Of a stretch of 64,000 nucleotides of DNA, positions 42,712 through 52,711 are shown one piece after another. The DNA is from Legionellales bacterium (GTDB lineage: Bacteria; Pseudomonadota; Gammaproteobacteria; JAHCLG01), in contig JAHCLG010000002.1 of assembly GCA_026125385.1 (NCBI GenBank), positions 77,179 through 141,178 of the forward strand. The letters run 5' to 3'. A program made the translations under genes and the position numbers. Position 1 is the first letter of the stretch. Each line of letters begins with the position of its first letter. The notes under the pieces are model-generated. The model saw nothing but the letters and a program-made list of their open reading frames with translations, was not told where the DNA came from and searched no databases.

Positions 42712-44550
42712 TTAACGATACGATAAATGCTGTAATTTTTCCAGGGTTATTGTATACCCGATTTCTGCAAGTTCATCTAAAAATTTAAAATCAAATAAAC
42801 CATATTTACCCATGCTTAATTCAATATAATGATCAGCTTCACGCGCCATTTTTTTGGAATGATTAATACTACAGAGAGAAATCGACTCAAAAATAATTTC
42901 CGCAATATTGGGTACCGATAAGGAAGTTTTTTTAAAAGGATTCATGCGATTGCCGAGCAGTGGCCAACCTGAAAGCCAGCCTTCATTTGCAATTGAGCAT
43001 GTGATTTCTTTAATCGATGCAACATTCACGGCAATAATTGTGCCGCCATTGGCTTTTTTGCGCATGATATCTACGGGCAGATTATTTAATATTCCACCAT
43101 CGATGAACAAATCACCATTTGGCATCGATACCGGAGGCACAATTCCGGGTAACGATAAACTGCAACGAATATTTTTCCACAAAGGACCTTGTTCATGAAT
43201 GCAAATTTCGCGTTTGGAAATATTAGTAGAAACGGCAAAATAAGGCAGCCATAAATCTTCACTACAGACATCTTTACCAAAACTATTTTTTAAACTTTGT
43301 GTCCACGATTTCGCTGCTAACAGTGACACTACCGGCACGGTATAATCAAACAATTTATTATTGTCGACTAAATTTTTATGAAGGACTTCATAAAATTCTT
43401 TTTCATTTAAATCCATGGCAATAATCGCGCCAATCATGGCACCAGCACTCGTTCCACCGACTAAATCAATCGGGATATTTAATTCTTTTAAGGCACGATA
43501 CACCCCAAAATGTGCTAAACCGCGCGCGCCGCCCCCGCCTAGTACGAGGGCATAGGCTTTGCCACTAATAAAGCGAATGATACGTTTTAAATCGGGAGTA
43601 TAATTATCGCGGTAATGCAAATGAGATGTTAAAAAACGGTTTTTAAGCCAGCGCGAAGTATTTTTAGGTAAGTGATGATGATTTTTTTGAATTAAAATAA
43701 GATCAGTTGATCGCCGCATAGAAGATGCGAGAGAATCGATTTCTACTTCAATTTCATTGCGCGTGGGATTATCTGAGCTGTCTGCTACTAATAAAATTCG
43801 ATCGGCTTGACGTACGCAACGTTTTGTCCAGGCAGAATTTATTTGATCTGTTTCATATACAATATACGCGTATTTAGTTTCTTGCTCATTCAACCAATGC
43901 GCAATTTGAGAAGAATGCTCGTCGGTTAACGCAGTTTGTGAAAAGCTTCCTTGAGGTGAATAATAATTATCAAACGTTTTACTCGATAAATGTAAAGTAG
44001 TACCAAACTCAGATAATATCGAAATAAATTTTTGAGTAAATTGATGATGAGCATGTGAATTTCCAGCAGGAGCTATGGCAATGGTCGTAATTTTTTGCGA
44101 AGTGCTATGATTATTTTTTAATAAGCGCTGAATAGCATGCTTGGTAATATGCGTGAGTTGTTCAGGATAGGTTTGCATGAAGCGATTAAATTTTTCTTGG
44201 GTTAGCTCTAGTACTAAACTATCGCGAATGGCACAGACGCTGGCTGCTCGTGGTAACTCCGATAGTAATGCTAATTCCCCAATAATATCTCCTGTGCCCA
44301 TTTCTCCTAATTCAACAAGCTGATGTTGCTCATTTTCTTTAAATGCGCGCAAACGTCCATTGACCACCAAATAAAGACTGTCGCCAATATTCCCTTGCTC
44401 AATGAGCATTTCACCGCCTGCGAGTAATCGCGGTTTTAATTGCGGCACTAATTTTTTAAGGATACGTGGATTCATACCTTTAAAAAATTCAGTGGCTGCT
44501 AAAAATTCAAGAATAACCGTACTCGCAATCGGGAGGAGATTTTCGTGCAT
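42712..44550 (-). CDS. Patatin-like phospholipase with an N-terminal cyclic-nucleotide-binding domain (NTE-like architecture)
   Basis: Start at ATG 44550 (MHENLLPIAS, AAGGA RBS). cNMP-binding fold GELALLSELPRAASVCAIRD. Patatin oxyanion motif GGGGARG and nucleophile elbow GGTSAG. Putative catalytic Asp (DGG) in the C-terminal third. Confidence 0.75.
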   Translation of the reverse strand: MHENLLPIASTVILEFLAATEFFKGMNPRILKKLVPQLKPRLLAGGEMLIEQGNIGDSLYLVVNGRLRAFKENEQHQLVELGEMGTGDIIGELALLSELPRAASVCAIRDSLVLELTQEKFNRFMQTYPEQLTHITKHAIQRLLKNNHSTSQKITTIAIAPAGNSHAHHQFTQKFISILSEFGTTLHLSSKTFDNYYSPQGSFSQTALTDEHSSQIAHWLNEQETKYAYIVYETDQINSAWTKRCVRQADRILLVADSSDNPTRNEIEVEIDSLASSMRRSTDLILIQKNHHHLPKNTSRWLKNRFLTSHLHYRDNYTPDLKRIIRFISGKAYALVLGGGGARGLAHFGVYRALKELNIPIDLVGGTSAGAMIGAIIAMDLNEKEFYEVLHKNLVDNNKLFDYTVPVVSLLAAKSWTQSLKNSFGKDVCSEDLWLPYFAVSTNISKREICIHEQGPLWKNIRCSLSLPGIVPPVSMPNGDLFIDGGILNNLPVDIMRKKANGGTIIAVNVASIKEITCSIANEGWLSGWPLLGNRMNPFKKTSLSVPNIAEIIFESISLCSINHSKKMAREADHYIELSMGKYGLFDFKFLDELAEIGYTITLEKLQHLSYR

Positions 44551-44603
44551 GAGCTCATTCCTTGGTTTCCGACGAGGTTCCAAACACACGGCGTATAGTA
44601 AAA

Positions 44604-44647
44604 CTATAGCACAAGACGGGATTTTCTATAGCACAAGACGAAATTTT
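44604..44647. repeat. Tandem 22-bp direct repeat (CTATAGCACAAGACGGGATTTT / CTATAGCACAAGACGAAATTTT) in the patatin-like / metK divergent promoter region
   Basis: Read directly; 20/22 identity, head-to-tail. Candidate operator. Confidence 0.5.
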
Positions 44648-44821
44648 CGGAATCACTATTTTTAAAACTTACCTAGAGATTTTGTAAACTTGGCGAAATC
44701 AATTCAGGAAGGAGTAGCGTACTGCAAGTGGAAACTCCTGATAAACAAAGACATAAAGTTGCCGAAGTTTCCTAAAAAAAGGTAGAATTGGCGACATTTT
44801 GTGAATTAGGTGCGATTACTC

Positions 44822-45982
44822 ATGTCAGAATATTCAATTTTTACCTCTGAATCTGTCTCGGCAGGTCATCCCGATAAAGTGGCCGATCAAATTTCAGATG
44901 CCATGTTAGATGCAATTATTGCCGACGATCCTCACGCACGGGTTGCCTGTGAAACCTATGTCAAAACTGGCATGGCTCTTATTGGCGGTGAAATTACCAC
45001 CAGTGCGTGGTTCGATGCCGAAACCATTGCCCGCAAAGTCATTAGCGACATTGGCTATAACGATCCGGAGTTAGGTTTTGATGCGAATTCTTGCGCCATT
45101 ATCGTGTCAATCGGCAAACAATCACCAGATATTGCGCAAGGTGTGGATGAACACAGCGATAAAGAGCAAGGTGCGGGTGACCAAGGTTTAATGTTTGGTT
45201 ATGCCAGTAACGAAACCGATGTATTAATGCCCGCTCCCATCACTTACGCCCATCGTTTGGTGCAGCGACAAGACCATTTGCGCAAAACTGGGATTTTACC
45301 GTGGCTGCGCCCGGATGCGAAAAGCCAAATCACCTTTCGTTATCATAATCAACAACCCGTTGCCGTGGATGCAGTGGTATTATCCACGCAACACCACCCC
45401 AGTATCCAACAAGCGGAATTGCGTGAAGCGGTGATGGAAGAAATCATAAAACACGTGATTCCAGCCGAATGGCTGACTCAAACCACGCAATACTTTATCA
45501 ATCCCACTGGACGATTTGTGATTGGTGGTCCCTTGGGCGATTGTGGATTAACCGGACGCAAAATTATCGTTGATACGTATGGTGGTATGGCTCGTCATGG
45601 TGGTGGATGTTTTTCTGGAAAAGATCCCACCAAAGTCGATCGTTCTGCAGCTTATGCCGCGCGTTATGTCGCTAAAAATATTGTCGCCAGTGGTCTTGCC
45701 GATCGTTGCGAAATTCAAGTGTCCTATGCCATAGGGGTTGCCAAACCCACGTCCATTTCAGTCAATACCTTCGGTACCGGTAAAATAGCCGATGAAAAAA
45801 TTTCAGCCATTATTACCGAAATTTTTGATTTGCGTCCTCGAGGCTTGATTGAAATGCTCGATTTACGCCGACCGATTTATTTACCTACAGCAAGCTACGG
45901 TCATTTTGGACGTGAAGATGGCAATTTCCCCTGGGAAAAAGTCGACAAAGCACAAGCTTTACGTGATGCTGCTAATCTATAA
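44822..45982 (+). CDS. metK: S-adenosylmethionine synthetase
   Basis: N-terminus [42 protein letters not shown]-type motif ([16 protein letters not shown]). Confidence 0.95.
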   Translation: MSEYSIFTSESVSAGHPDKVADQISDAMLDAIIADDPHARVACETYVKTGMALIGGEITTSAWFDAETIARKVISDIGYNDPELGFDANSCAIIVSIGKQSPDIAQGVDEHSDKEQGAGDQGLMFGYASNETDVLMPAPITYAHRLVQRQDHLRKTGILPWLRPDAKSQITFRYHNQQPVAVDAVVLSTQHHPSIQQAELREAVMEEIIKHVIPAEWLTQTTQYFINPTGRFVIGGPLGDCGLTGRKIIVDTYGGMARHGGGCFSGKDPTKVDRSAAYAARYVAKNIVASGLADRCEIQVSYAIGVAKPTSISVNTFGTGKIADEKISAIITEIFDLRPRGLIEMLDLRRPIYLPTASYGHFGREDGNFPWEKVDKAQALRDAANL

Positions 45983-46001
45983 ACCAAGTGAGGAATAAAC
46001 C

Positions 46002-47312
46002 ATGAATGCTCAACTGAATCAAACGTCTACCCAAGATTTTAAAGTGGCTGATTTGTCATTAGCAGATTGGGGACGAAAAGAAATCGCCATTGCTGAGACA
46101 GAAATGCCAGGCTTAATGGCAGTGCGCGAAAAATATCGTCAATCCCAACCTTTAAAAGGCGCACGCATTGCCGGCTGTTTGCATATGACTATCCAAACCG
46201 CTGTCCTCATCGAAACCTTAGTGGCGTTGGGTGCGGAGGTGCGCTGGTCTTCTTGTAATATTTTTTCTACCCAAGATCACGCGGCGGCGGCAATGGCGAA
46301 AGCGGGTATTCCGGTCTTTGCCTGGAAAGGTGAAACGGAAGAAGAATATTGGTGGTGTGTCGAAAAAACCATGCGCGGTCCCAATGGTTGGGTACCGAAT
46401 ATGATTTTAGACGATGGTGGTGATTTAACCCTCAAGGCGCATGATGATGCGGCTTACATGAAAAATATTAAAGGCATTACCGAAGAAACCACGACGGGTG
46501 TTCATCGCCTCTATGAAATGGCCGCTAAAGGCACGCTAAAAGCCACTGCGATTAACGTCAACGATTCCGTCACCAAATCCAAATTCGATAATTTATACGG
46601 TTGTCGTGAATCGTTAATCGATGGCATTAAACGCGCGACCGATGTCATGATTGCTGGAAAAATTGCGCTGATTGCAGGCTATGGGGATGTGGGTAAAGGC
46701 TGTGCGCAAGCTCTGCGGGGTATGGGGGCTCAAGTGTGGGTTACCGAAATCGATCCTATTTGCGCATTACAAGCGGCGATGGAAGGCTATTGTGTTGTCA
46801 CCATGGATGAAGCAGCCGATAAAGCCGATATTTTTGTTACCGCAACAGGCAACACCGACATCATCACCCACGCGCACTTAATCAAAATGAAAGATCAGGC
46901 GATTGTATGTAATATCGGTCATTTTGATAATGAAATCGATGTCAATTCTTTACGTCAATATCAATGGGAAAACATTAAACCTCAAGTTGATCACGTGATT
47001 TTTCCTGATGGTAAACGGATTATTTTATTGGCCGAAGGACGTTTAGTGAATTTAGGTTGTGCTACAGGCCATGCCAGTTTTGTGATGTCCAATTCGTTTA
47101 CCAATCAAGTATTGGCGCAAATTGAATTGTGGCAACATGCGGAAAAATATCCCTTAGGCGTGCATGTGTTACCCAAGCATTTGGATGAAGAAGTCGCGCG
47201 CTTGCATTTGGAAAAAATTGGTGCGCATTTAACGACGTTAACCACCAAACAAGCGCAATATATTGGCGTTGATCAAAAAGGTCCTTATAAACCTGATTAT
47301 TATCGCTATTAA
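46002..47312 (+). CDS. ahcY: Adenosylhomocysteinase
   Basis: 436 aa. Conserved [27 protein letters not shown]-terminus. NAD motif [12 protein letters not shown]. Confidence 0.95.
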   Translation: MNAQLNQTSTQDFKVADLSLADWGRKEIAIAETEMPGLMAVREKYRQSQPLKGARIAGCLHMTIQTAVLIETLVALGAEVRWSSCNIFSTQDHAAAAMAKAGIPVFAWKGETEEEYWWCVEKTMRGPNGWVPNMILDDGGDLTLKAHDDAAYMKNIKGITEETTTGVHRLYEMAAKGTLKATAINVNDSVTKSKFDNLYGCRESLIDGIKRATDVMIAGKIALIAGYGDVGKGCAQALRGMGAQVWVTEIDPICALQAAMEGYCVVTMDEAADKADIFVTATGNTDIITHAHLIKMKDQAIVCNIGHFDNEIDVNSLRQYQWENIKPQVDHVIFPDGKRIILLAEGRLVNLGCATGHASFVMSNSFTNQVLAQIELWQHAEKYPLGVHVLPKHLDEEVARLHLEKIGAHLTTLTTKQAQYIGVDQKGPYKPDYYRY

Positions 47313-47317
47313 ACACT

Positions 47318-48049
47318 ATGCGAATAACGCGTTGTTATGTCGATCAGCCATTAACGCTTGAGGCCGAATTAACTCTGCCTCAAGCGGTGGCAACACATCT
47401 TCATCAAGTTCTGCGTGTCAAAGAAAAGCAAACGATTATATTATTCAATGGCGATGGCCATGACTACCACGCTATTATTCAATCTTCACAAAAACGATGT
47501 ATCACGGTGTTAATCACCGCAAAAAACCTAAAAACAACAGAATCGCCTGCTTATTTGCATTTAGGGCAAGTGATTTCACGTGGTGAACGCATGCGCTATA
47601 CCTTGCAAAAAGCGGTAGAGCTTGGAGTCAGTGAAATTACGCCGTTAATCAGTGCGCGTTGTAATGTGAAGTTAGATGCGGATAAACAAACACAACGTTT
47701 AGAACATTGGCGCAATATTATTATTGCTGCCGCTGAACAAAGTGGGCGCGCCGTGCTTCCACGTTTAAATCCCATTATGGATATTGGTGCTTGGTTGCCT
47801 CAACAAAAAAATGGCATTTTATTAGATCCGGCTTCGTCGCAAACATTGGCTTCAATCACATTTAACTCAAGGGATGCCACCATTCTCATTGGTAGCGAAG
47901 GTGGATTAGAACAACCAGAAATTGCAGCAGCTATCACGCAAGGATTTCAAGGAATTGCACTCGGCCCCAGAATTTTACGCACGGAAACCGCCGCCGTCGT
48001 GATCTTAAGTTTATTACAAGCAAAATTAGGCGATCTAAGCGGAATTTAA
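47318..48049 (+). CDS. rsmE: 16S rRNA (uracil1498-N3)-methyltransferase RsmE
   Basis: 243 aa. N-terminus MRITRCYV. C-terminal SPOUT motif GPRILRTETAAVVILS. Confidence 0.85.
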   Translation: MRITRCYVDQPLTLEAELTLPQAVATHLHQVLRVKEKQTIILFNGDGHDYHAIIQSSQKRCITVLITAKNLKTTESPAYLHLGQVISRGERMRYTLQKAVELGVSEITPLISARCNVKLDADKQTQRLEHWRNIIIAAAEQSGRAVLPRLNPIMDIGAWLPQQKNGILLDPASSQTLASITFNSRDATILIGSEGGLEQPEIAAAITQGFQGIALGPRILRTETAAVVILSLLQAKLGDLSGI

Positions 48050-49414
48050 TCGCAGCGGTTCCATTAAATTATCATTCAAACTGGAATTCAATTTACGATA
48101 ACAATAGCGAATTACACTCCATAAAAATTCCATTAAAGTTGAAAAAAATCGTGATATCAATGACGGAGTATTGTCTAATGACGAGGCAGTTAAAGATTCA
48201 GGTGGCTGATAGCGATTAATAATCTTGCCGTTATAAAGATGATTGACATCGACTAAATTATGTTGCTGAATTTGAAAACGCATTAAATGAATTCCCAACT
48301 CAGGTTTTTCATGAATACTAATAAACACATATAAAAAATTATTACGAAATAATTGTTGGGCATTATTCTGAATATCCTGTTCAACCCAACTTAAATAATT
48401 CTTAAATTTGGCGGGTTGCCGCGCAACCGTATGGTGATTTAGCGCATGATCATAATCAACACGAATGGCAGCGTGAATGTGAATATTATAAAGTTGCTCC
48501 TTCACGCTTTTAAGTAAGTAATGAAAAAAACCAGAAATCGGCCAAGCAGAAGTGAGGCTAGATTTAAAATACGGAGTTTGAAAACGAAATGTCGTTTGAA
48601 GATTATTGGCAATATGGCGTTGTGCTTTTTCATCCCACCACGGCTCATGCTCAGATCGTTGCCAAATGTGATCGCTGCATTCTAAGCGCGATGACGCATG
48701 ATACCATTCATCGTCATAAATAAAATTATTATATTGAGGTTTAGGCTGTAAGGTTTCATGCAATTGAATATGAATTTCATTATTAGTCGTTAAAATTTCA
48801 CTGTAAAGATAATTGGGTTCTGAAAGTTGATTAGCTTTAACTATACTATATTGCAATCCCACAATATGGCTTTGCAGATGATCGTTGGGTAATTTTGCTT
48901 GACGCGCATCAATAATATAACGACCATCCTCTGTTAAATACGCCACTATGCCATGTTTTAATAGTGGTTGATATTCATAAATATTTTCTTGGGGGTTAAG
49001 CAAAAGGTGACCACGTAAAATAGCCGGATGATACGGTAGCATGGGCAACATATCATCAGCTGCACTCATGCCAGTTTCGTGATAGGATTTTTTATAATAC
49101 TCTAATTCTTCACTTAATTTTAATAGCGCATTATTTCTGATTTGTTTTAAACGCCCGCCTTGGCGTGAAAAATATAAAAAATGGCGATTAAACCGTGAGT
49201 GATTTTTGTGGGCGTCGAAATGTTGGCAAGCATTTAAAAAATGTATCAATGCTTGATACAAAGAAGGGGCTTTAGGAAAATCACGCTGATTAAACTCTTG
49301 AATAAGATTAGTATGTGTTTTTAAATTTATCGACGTTTTTTTTCTTTTGTAACAGTAATAAGTGTAAATAATTTCATTAGCATACCAAGCCAAACTCTTT
49401 TTAGGAAATTTCAT
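48035..49414 (-). CDS. hypothetical 459-aa protein (second gene of a two-gene operon)
   Basis: Intact ORF 37 nt downstream of 49452..50900 on the same strand. His-rich segment IHIHAAIRVDYDHALNHHTV. No family recognised. Confidence 0.5.
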   Translation of the reverse strand: MKFPKKSLAWYANEIIYTYYCYKRKKTSINLKTHTNLIQEFNQRDFPKAPSLYQALIHFLNACQHFDAHKNHSRFNRHFLYFSRQGGRLKQIRNNALLKLSEELEYYKKSYHETGMSAADDMLPMLPYHPAILRGHLLLNPQENIYEYQPLLKHGIVAYLTEDGRYIIDARQAKLPNDHLQSHIVGLQYSIVKANQLSEPNYLYSEILTTNNEIHIQLHETLQPKPQYNNFIYDDEWYHASSRLECSDHIWQRSEHEPWWDEKAQRHIANNLQTTFRFQTPYFKSSLTSAWPISGFFHYLLKSVKEQLYNIHIHAAIRVDYDHALNHHTVARQPAKFKNYLSWVEQDIQNNAQQLFRNNFLYVFISIHEKPELGIHLMRFQIQQHNLVDVNHLYNGKIINRYQPPESLTASSLDNTPSLISRFFSTLMEFLWSVIRYCYRKLNSSLNDNLMEPLRLNSA

Positions 49415-49451
49415 AATTTTTATCCTTATATCATAATACGGTAACTGTTAT

Positions 49452-50900
49452 TCAACATGCAGTTTTTTTGCAATAGTCATCTGGTGGTCTTTGACTTGCA
49501 GAATTTATAGCATTATCTAACAATCCGGTTTCAGATTGGCTTGAGTGAAGAATAGAAGCCGTTTCATTTTTCTGACTCAATGTTATATCTAAGCAAGATG
49601 TGCTTTTATGTTGTGCTTCGAAAGCGGCTTGATTTTCTAAAAGCGCACAGGCACAAGTGCAAATACTGCAAATAATACTTTTACGTCCTACTTGTTGCAT
49701 GGTATTCAAGTTGAGCTTGTTATTACCTTCGGTGATGCTTTCCGGTGGACTTGCCAGCAAATGGATATTCAAAACTTGTTTTAATATCCGGCAAAAATAG
49801 GATACCAATTGCGCGAAGAAGGTAAGCCCTTGATGAGTTGTATTTTCGCTAAGCGGACTGATAGGGTTTTGTTCAAAATATTCCGTTTCATAACGAACTT
49901 GCGTGGCTTCGGCGAGTTGTTCGCGCAAGAGCGCATGACTATAAAGTTTGCCATTTATTGTTTCAAGCTCAGTATTGCTTAGAGTGTTTAAAACTAACGT
50001 TAGATTATTAACATAATTTTGCATTTGATGTTTATAAGACAAACTCAGATCTTCATTAACATCTGTGCCAGCTTTATAGATTTCTAAAAAGATGAGGGTC
50101 AGTGGGAAAATATTTTCTTCTGTGATAATTGCATAGTAAATTTTATTAGCCAGGCTTCTGGGATCTTCCCGATATTTTTTGGAAAGTTGATGTGAAAAAT
50201 GGGCGGAAGAAATTTTTTTTACGCGGGTGAGCTTTAATAAATTATTCTCATTATTAATTTTTTCATGACAAATATTTTCTAACTCTTCAATGCCTTCATT
50301 GCCGGTAATAGAGTTTATGCGATTATAAGTTTCAGCCATAAAATGCCAAAAATTAAGTTTTAATAAAGAAGGAAAGTTATGGCGGATAAAGTCGATAAAA
50401 TCAGGAGTCGTGTCCGGTGAATTTTCTAGGTTTTGAATTTTTTTGGATAGATAGTCATTTAATGAGGGATTTTGAGTGCGAGTAAATAGTGTTAATAAAA
50501 TCTGCTTAGAATTATTTTGATTAGCAAGGTAACGTTGGATTTCATGATAACGATTTAAAAAATCGTGATATAAAAATGGTGGTAACGTTTGTTTTAATAG
50601 CCAGCGACATTCCTCATGAAATTGACTCGTTGGAATTTCACCTGTTAGTGTGGCAAGTTTAATGGCCTCAATGTATAAATTAGCTTTAATGAGGTTGGCT
50701 AAATGCTTGGGTAAACCACAGGGGGTGTAATAAATAATGTCACGTAACGTTTGTACGATATTACGTTTATCGCCGATATTGAGGATAGCATCTAATTGAT
50801 TTTCGGCGACTTGGATTAAATAATCTTGCGTTTCTTGAATGTGGTGAGGTTTTTCTGATTGTAGTATAGGCATAGCGCACCTCTGAATTATAGCTATCAA
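49452..50900 (-). CDS. hypothetical 482-aa protein with a C-terminal Cys cluster (first gene of a two-gene operon)
   Basis: Intact ORF. CSICTCAC cluster near the C-terminus. No family recognised. Start may be at ATG 50873 (MPILQSEKPHH). Confidence 0.5.
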   Translation of the reverse strand: MIAIIQRCAMPILQSEKPHHIQETQDYLIQVAENQLDAILNIGDKRNIVQTLRDIIYYTPCGLPKHLANLIKANLYIEAIKLATLTGEIPTSQFHEECRWLLKQTLPPFLYHDFLNRYHEIQRYLANQNNSKQILLTLFTRTQNPSLNDYLSKKIQNLENSPDTTPDFIDFIRHNFPSLLKLNFWHFMAETYNRINSITGNEGIEELENICHEKINNENNLLKLTRVKKISSAHFSHQLSKKYREDPRSLANKIYYAIITEENIFPLTLIFLEIYKAGTDVNEDLSLSYKHQMQNYVNNLTLVLNTLSNTELETINGKLYSHALLREQLAEATQVRYETEYFEQNPISPLSENTTHQGLTFFAQLVSYFCRILKQVLNIHLLASPPESITEGNNKLNLNTMQQVGRKSIICSICTCACALLENQAAFEAQHKSTSCLDITLSQKNETASILHSSQSETGLLDNAINSASQRPPDDYCKKTAC

Positions 50901-51004
50901 TCTTCACAACAGGTTCTAAACTCTTGCCTTAAGTTTAGGTGCTATTCCGCTGCGTTAATCAGTAAATCCTTGCTATCGCTGTGAGGAAAGAGTGTTACTA
51001 TTTC

Positions 51005-51150
51005 CTGTCTAGACTCTTCACGCTTGAATTTTAGGTTTTGTTGTCGAGCTAAAACCGCTCAGTCATGTATTAGGTATACAACACTCCTTCGCATCTTAAG
51101 CTCGGTGCCTCGCCTAAAATCCAATCGTTTTGTATCTATCATTACAACAA
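51005..51150 (+). repeat. ~145-bp MITE-like hairpin element, copy A (plus orientation)
   Basis: Matches the reverse complement of 35822-35953 and, more weakly, 2969-3100. Lies in the intergenic region upstream of algC/pmm. Confidence 0.7.
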
Positions 51151-51232
51151 AGTGCTAGTCATAAAGATGTAGGTAAATTCCTATTTAGTGCTGCAATATT
51201 TTCGCTAGTGTGTGTAAGGCGTCATTCAATGA

Positions 51233-51261
51233 TTGACATTTGAGTAAGCTTACTCATAATC
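51233..51261 (+). promoter_or_regulatory. Sigma70-type promoter TTGACA-16-CATAAT with a perfect 14-bp palindrome GAGTAAGCTTACTC in the spacer
   Basis: Read directly. 36 nt upstream of the algC/pmm ATG. The palindrome (51242-51255) is flanked by a GTGTGT / ACACAC inverted pair. Confidence 0.4.
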
Positions 51262-51296
51262 ACACACATTCAAACTTAGGCTAAGGTAACGTAACA

Positions 51297-52697
51297 ATGA
51301 ATAAGACTTATGCAATCACCCCCGCGATTTCTCCTGAAATTTTTCGTGCTTATGATATTCGTGGCATTGTCGATAAAAATTTAACCGCAGATAGTGTTTA
51401 TACCATAGCGCTTGCTGTGGGCAGTGAACTGCGGGAACGCGGCCAAACGCAAGTGGTGATTGCGCGTGATGGTCGTCTTTCGGGGCCTACTCTTATTCAA
51501 GCACTCTGCGCGGGATTATTGCAAACGGGTTGTGATGTGATTGATATTGGTTGCGTGCCCTCCCCATTATTATATTTTGCTACTCACACCTTGCCTGGGG
51601 TGAATTCCGGCGTCATGCTAACGGGCAGTCATAATCCCACCAATTTTAATGGCTTGAAAATGGTTATCGATGGGGTGACGTTATTCGGCGATCGAGTGCA
51701 GGCCATTTATCAACGCATTCAAGCCCAGCAATTTGTTCAGGGCACGGGAACGTTGCGGGAAGAAGATGTTGTTAACCGTTATATCAACCGCATCACCCAA
51801 GAAATTCAATTAGCCCGCCCTTTATCCATTGTCATTGATTGTGGTAATGGCATTCCTGGAAAAGTTGCCCCGCAATTATTCAAAGCGTTGGGTTGCCAAG
51901 TCACCGAATTATTTTGTGAAGTTGATGGCAATTTCCCTAATCATCACCCTGATCCTTCGGTGGTGGAAAATCTACGCGATCTCATTACAGCGGTTAACAC
52001 TCATCGTGCCGATATTGGTTTAGCGTTTGATGGTGATGGCGATCGTTTAGGTGTTGTGACCAATCAAGGTGAAATTATTTTACCCGATCGACAAATCATG
52101 TTATTTGCGCGTGAACTATTACGCGAATTTCCTCATTCCAAAATCGTCTATGATGTCAAATGTTCACGTAATGTCGCCAGTGTGGTGGAAGCCGCCGGTG
52201 GAATTCCCATGATGTCGCAAACAGGACATTCCGTATTAAAAGCTAAAATGTTGGAAATTGATGCGAAATTTGCGGGTGAATTAAGTGGGCATTTCTTTTT
52301 TCATGATCGTTGGTACGGTTTTGATGATGGCTTATATTCTGGTGCTCGAATGTTAGAAATCATGGCGAAAACCCCACAGTCTTCGAGTGAAGTCTTCCAT
52401 ACCATCCCCAATGCTATTGCCACACCCGAAATCCAAATTAGCATTGCAGAACATAAAAAATTTCCATTCATAAAACAATTTGTGGAACAGGCCGAGTTTC
52501 CAGAAGCGAAACGAATTACGATTGATGGCTTACGCGTGGAATTTAAAAACGGCTGGGGATTATTACGTTGCTCAAACACCACTCCTACATTAATTGCACG
52601 CTTTGAGGCTGATGATCAAACATCACTCACGCAAATTATGCAACAATTTCGTCAGCAAATTCTTAAAGTAGATCCTCGTTTAGTGTTGCCATTCTAA
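51297..52697 (+). CDS. algC: Phosphomannomutase/phosphoglucomutase
   Basis: 466 aa. Active-site Ser loop TGSHNPTNFNGLKMV. Mg loop FDGDGDR. Sugar-binding GEL/SGH motifs. Confidence 0.9.
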   Translation: MNKTYAITPAISPEIFRAYDIRGIVDKNLTADSVYTIALAVGSELRERGQTQVVIARDGRLSGPTLIQALCAGLLQTGCDVIDIGCVPSPLLYFATHTLPGVNSGVMLTGSHNPTNFNGLKMVIDGVTLFGDRVQAIYQRIQAQQFVQGTGTLREEDVVNRYINRITQEIQLARPLSIVIDCGNGIPGKVAPQLFKALGCQVTELFCEVDGNFPNHHPDPSVVENLRDLITAVNTHRADIGLAFDGDGDRLGVVTNQGEIILPDRQIMLFARELLREFPHSKIVYDVKCSRNVASVVEAAGGIPMMSQTGHSVLKAKMLEIDAKFAGELSGHFFFHDRWYGFDDGLYSGARMLEIMAKTPQSSSEVFHTIPNAIATPEIQISIAEHKKFPFIKQFVEQAEFPEAKRITIDGLRVEFKNGWGLLRCSNTTPTLIARFEADDQTSLTQIMQQFRQQILKVDPRLVLPF

Positions 52698-52711
52698 TTC
52701 ATGAGTACGAA

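Noticed and set aside
44590-44821. Possible SAM riboswitch upstream of metK
   Set aside because: No SAM-I/SAM-II conserved helices or pseudoknot signature could be identified by eye. The region is better explained as a divergent promoter with a tandem 22-bp repeat. Infernal would settle it.
49452-49470. C-terminal CaaX or Rab-like prenylation motif on the 482-aa protein (ends ...DYCKKTAC)
   Set aside because: Cys is at the last position rather than at -4, so it is not a CaaX box. It is also not a clean CC/CXC geranylgeranylation motif.
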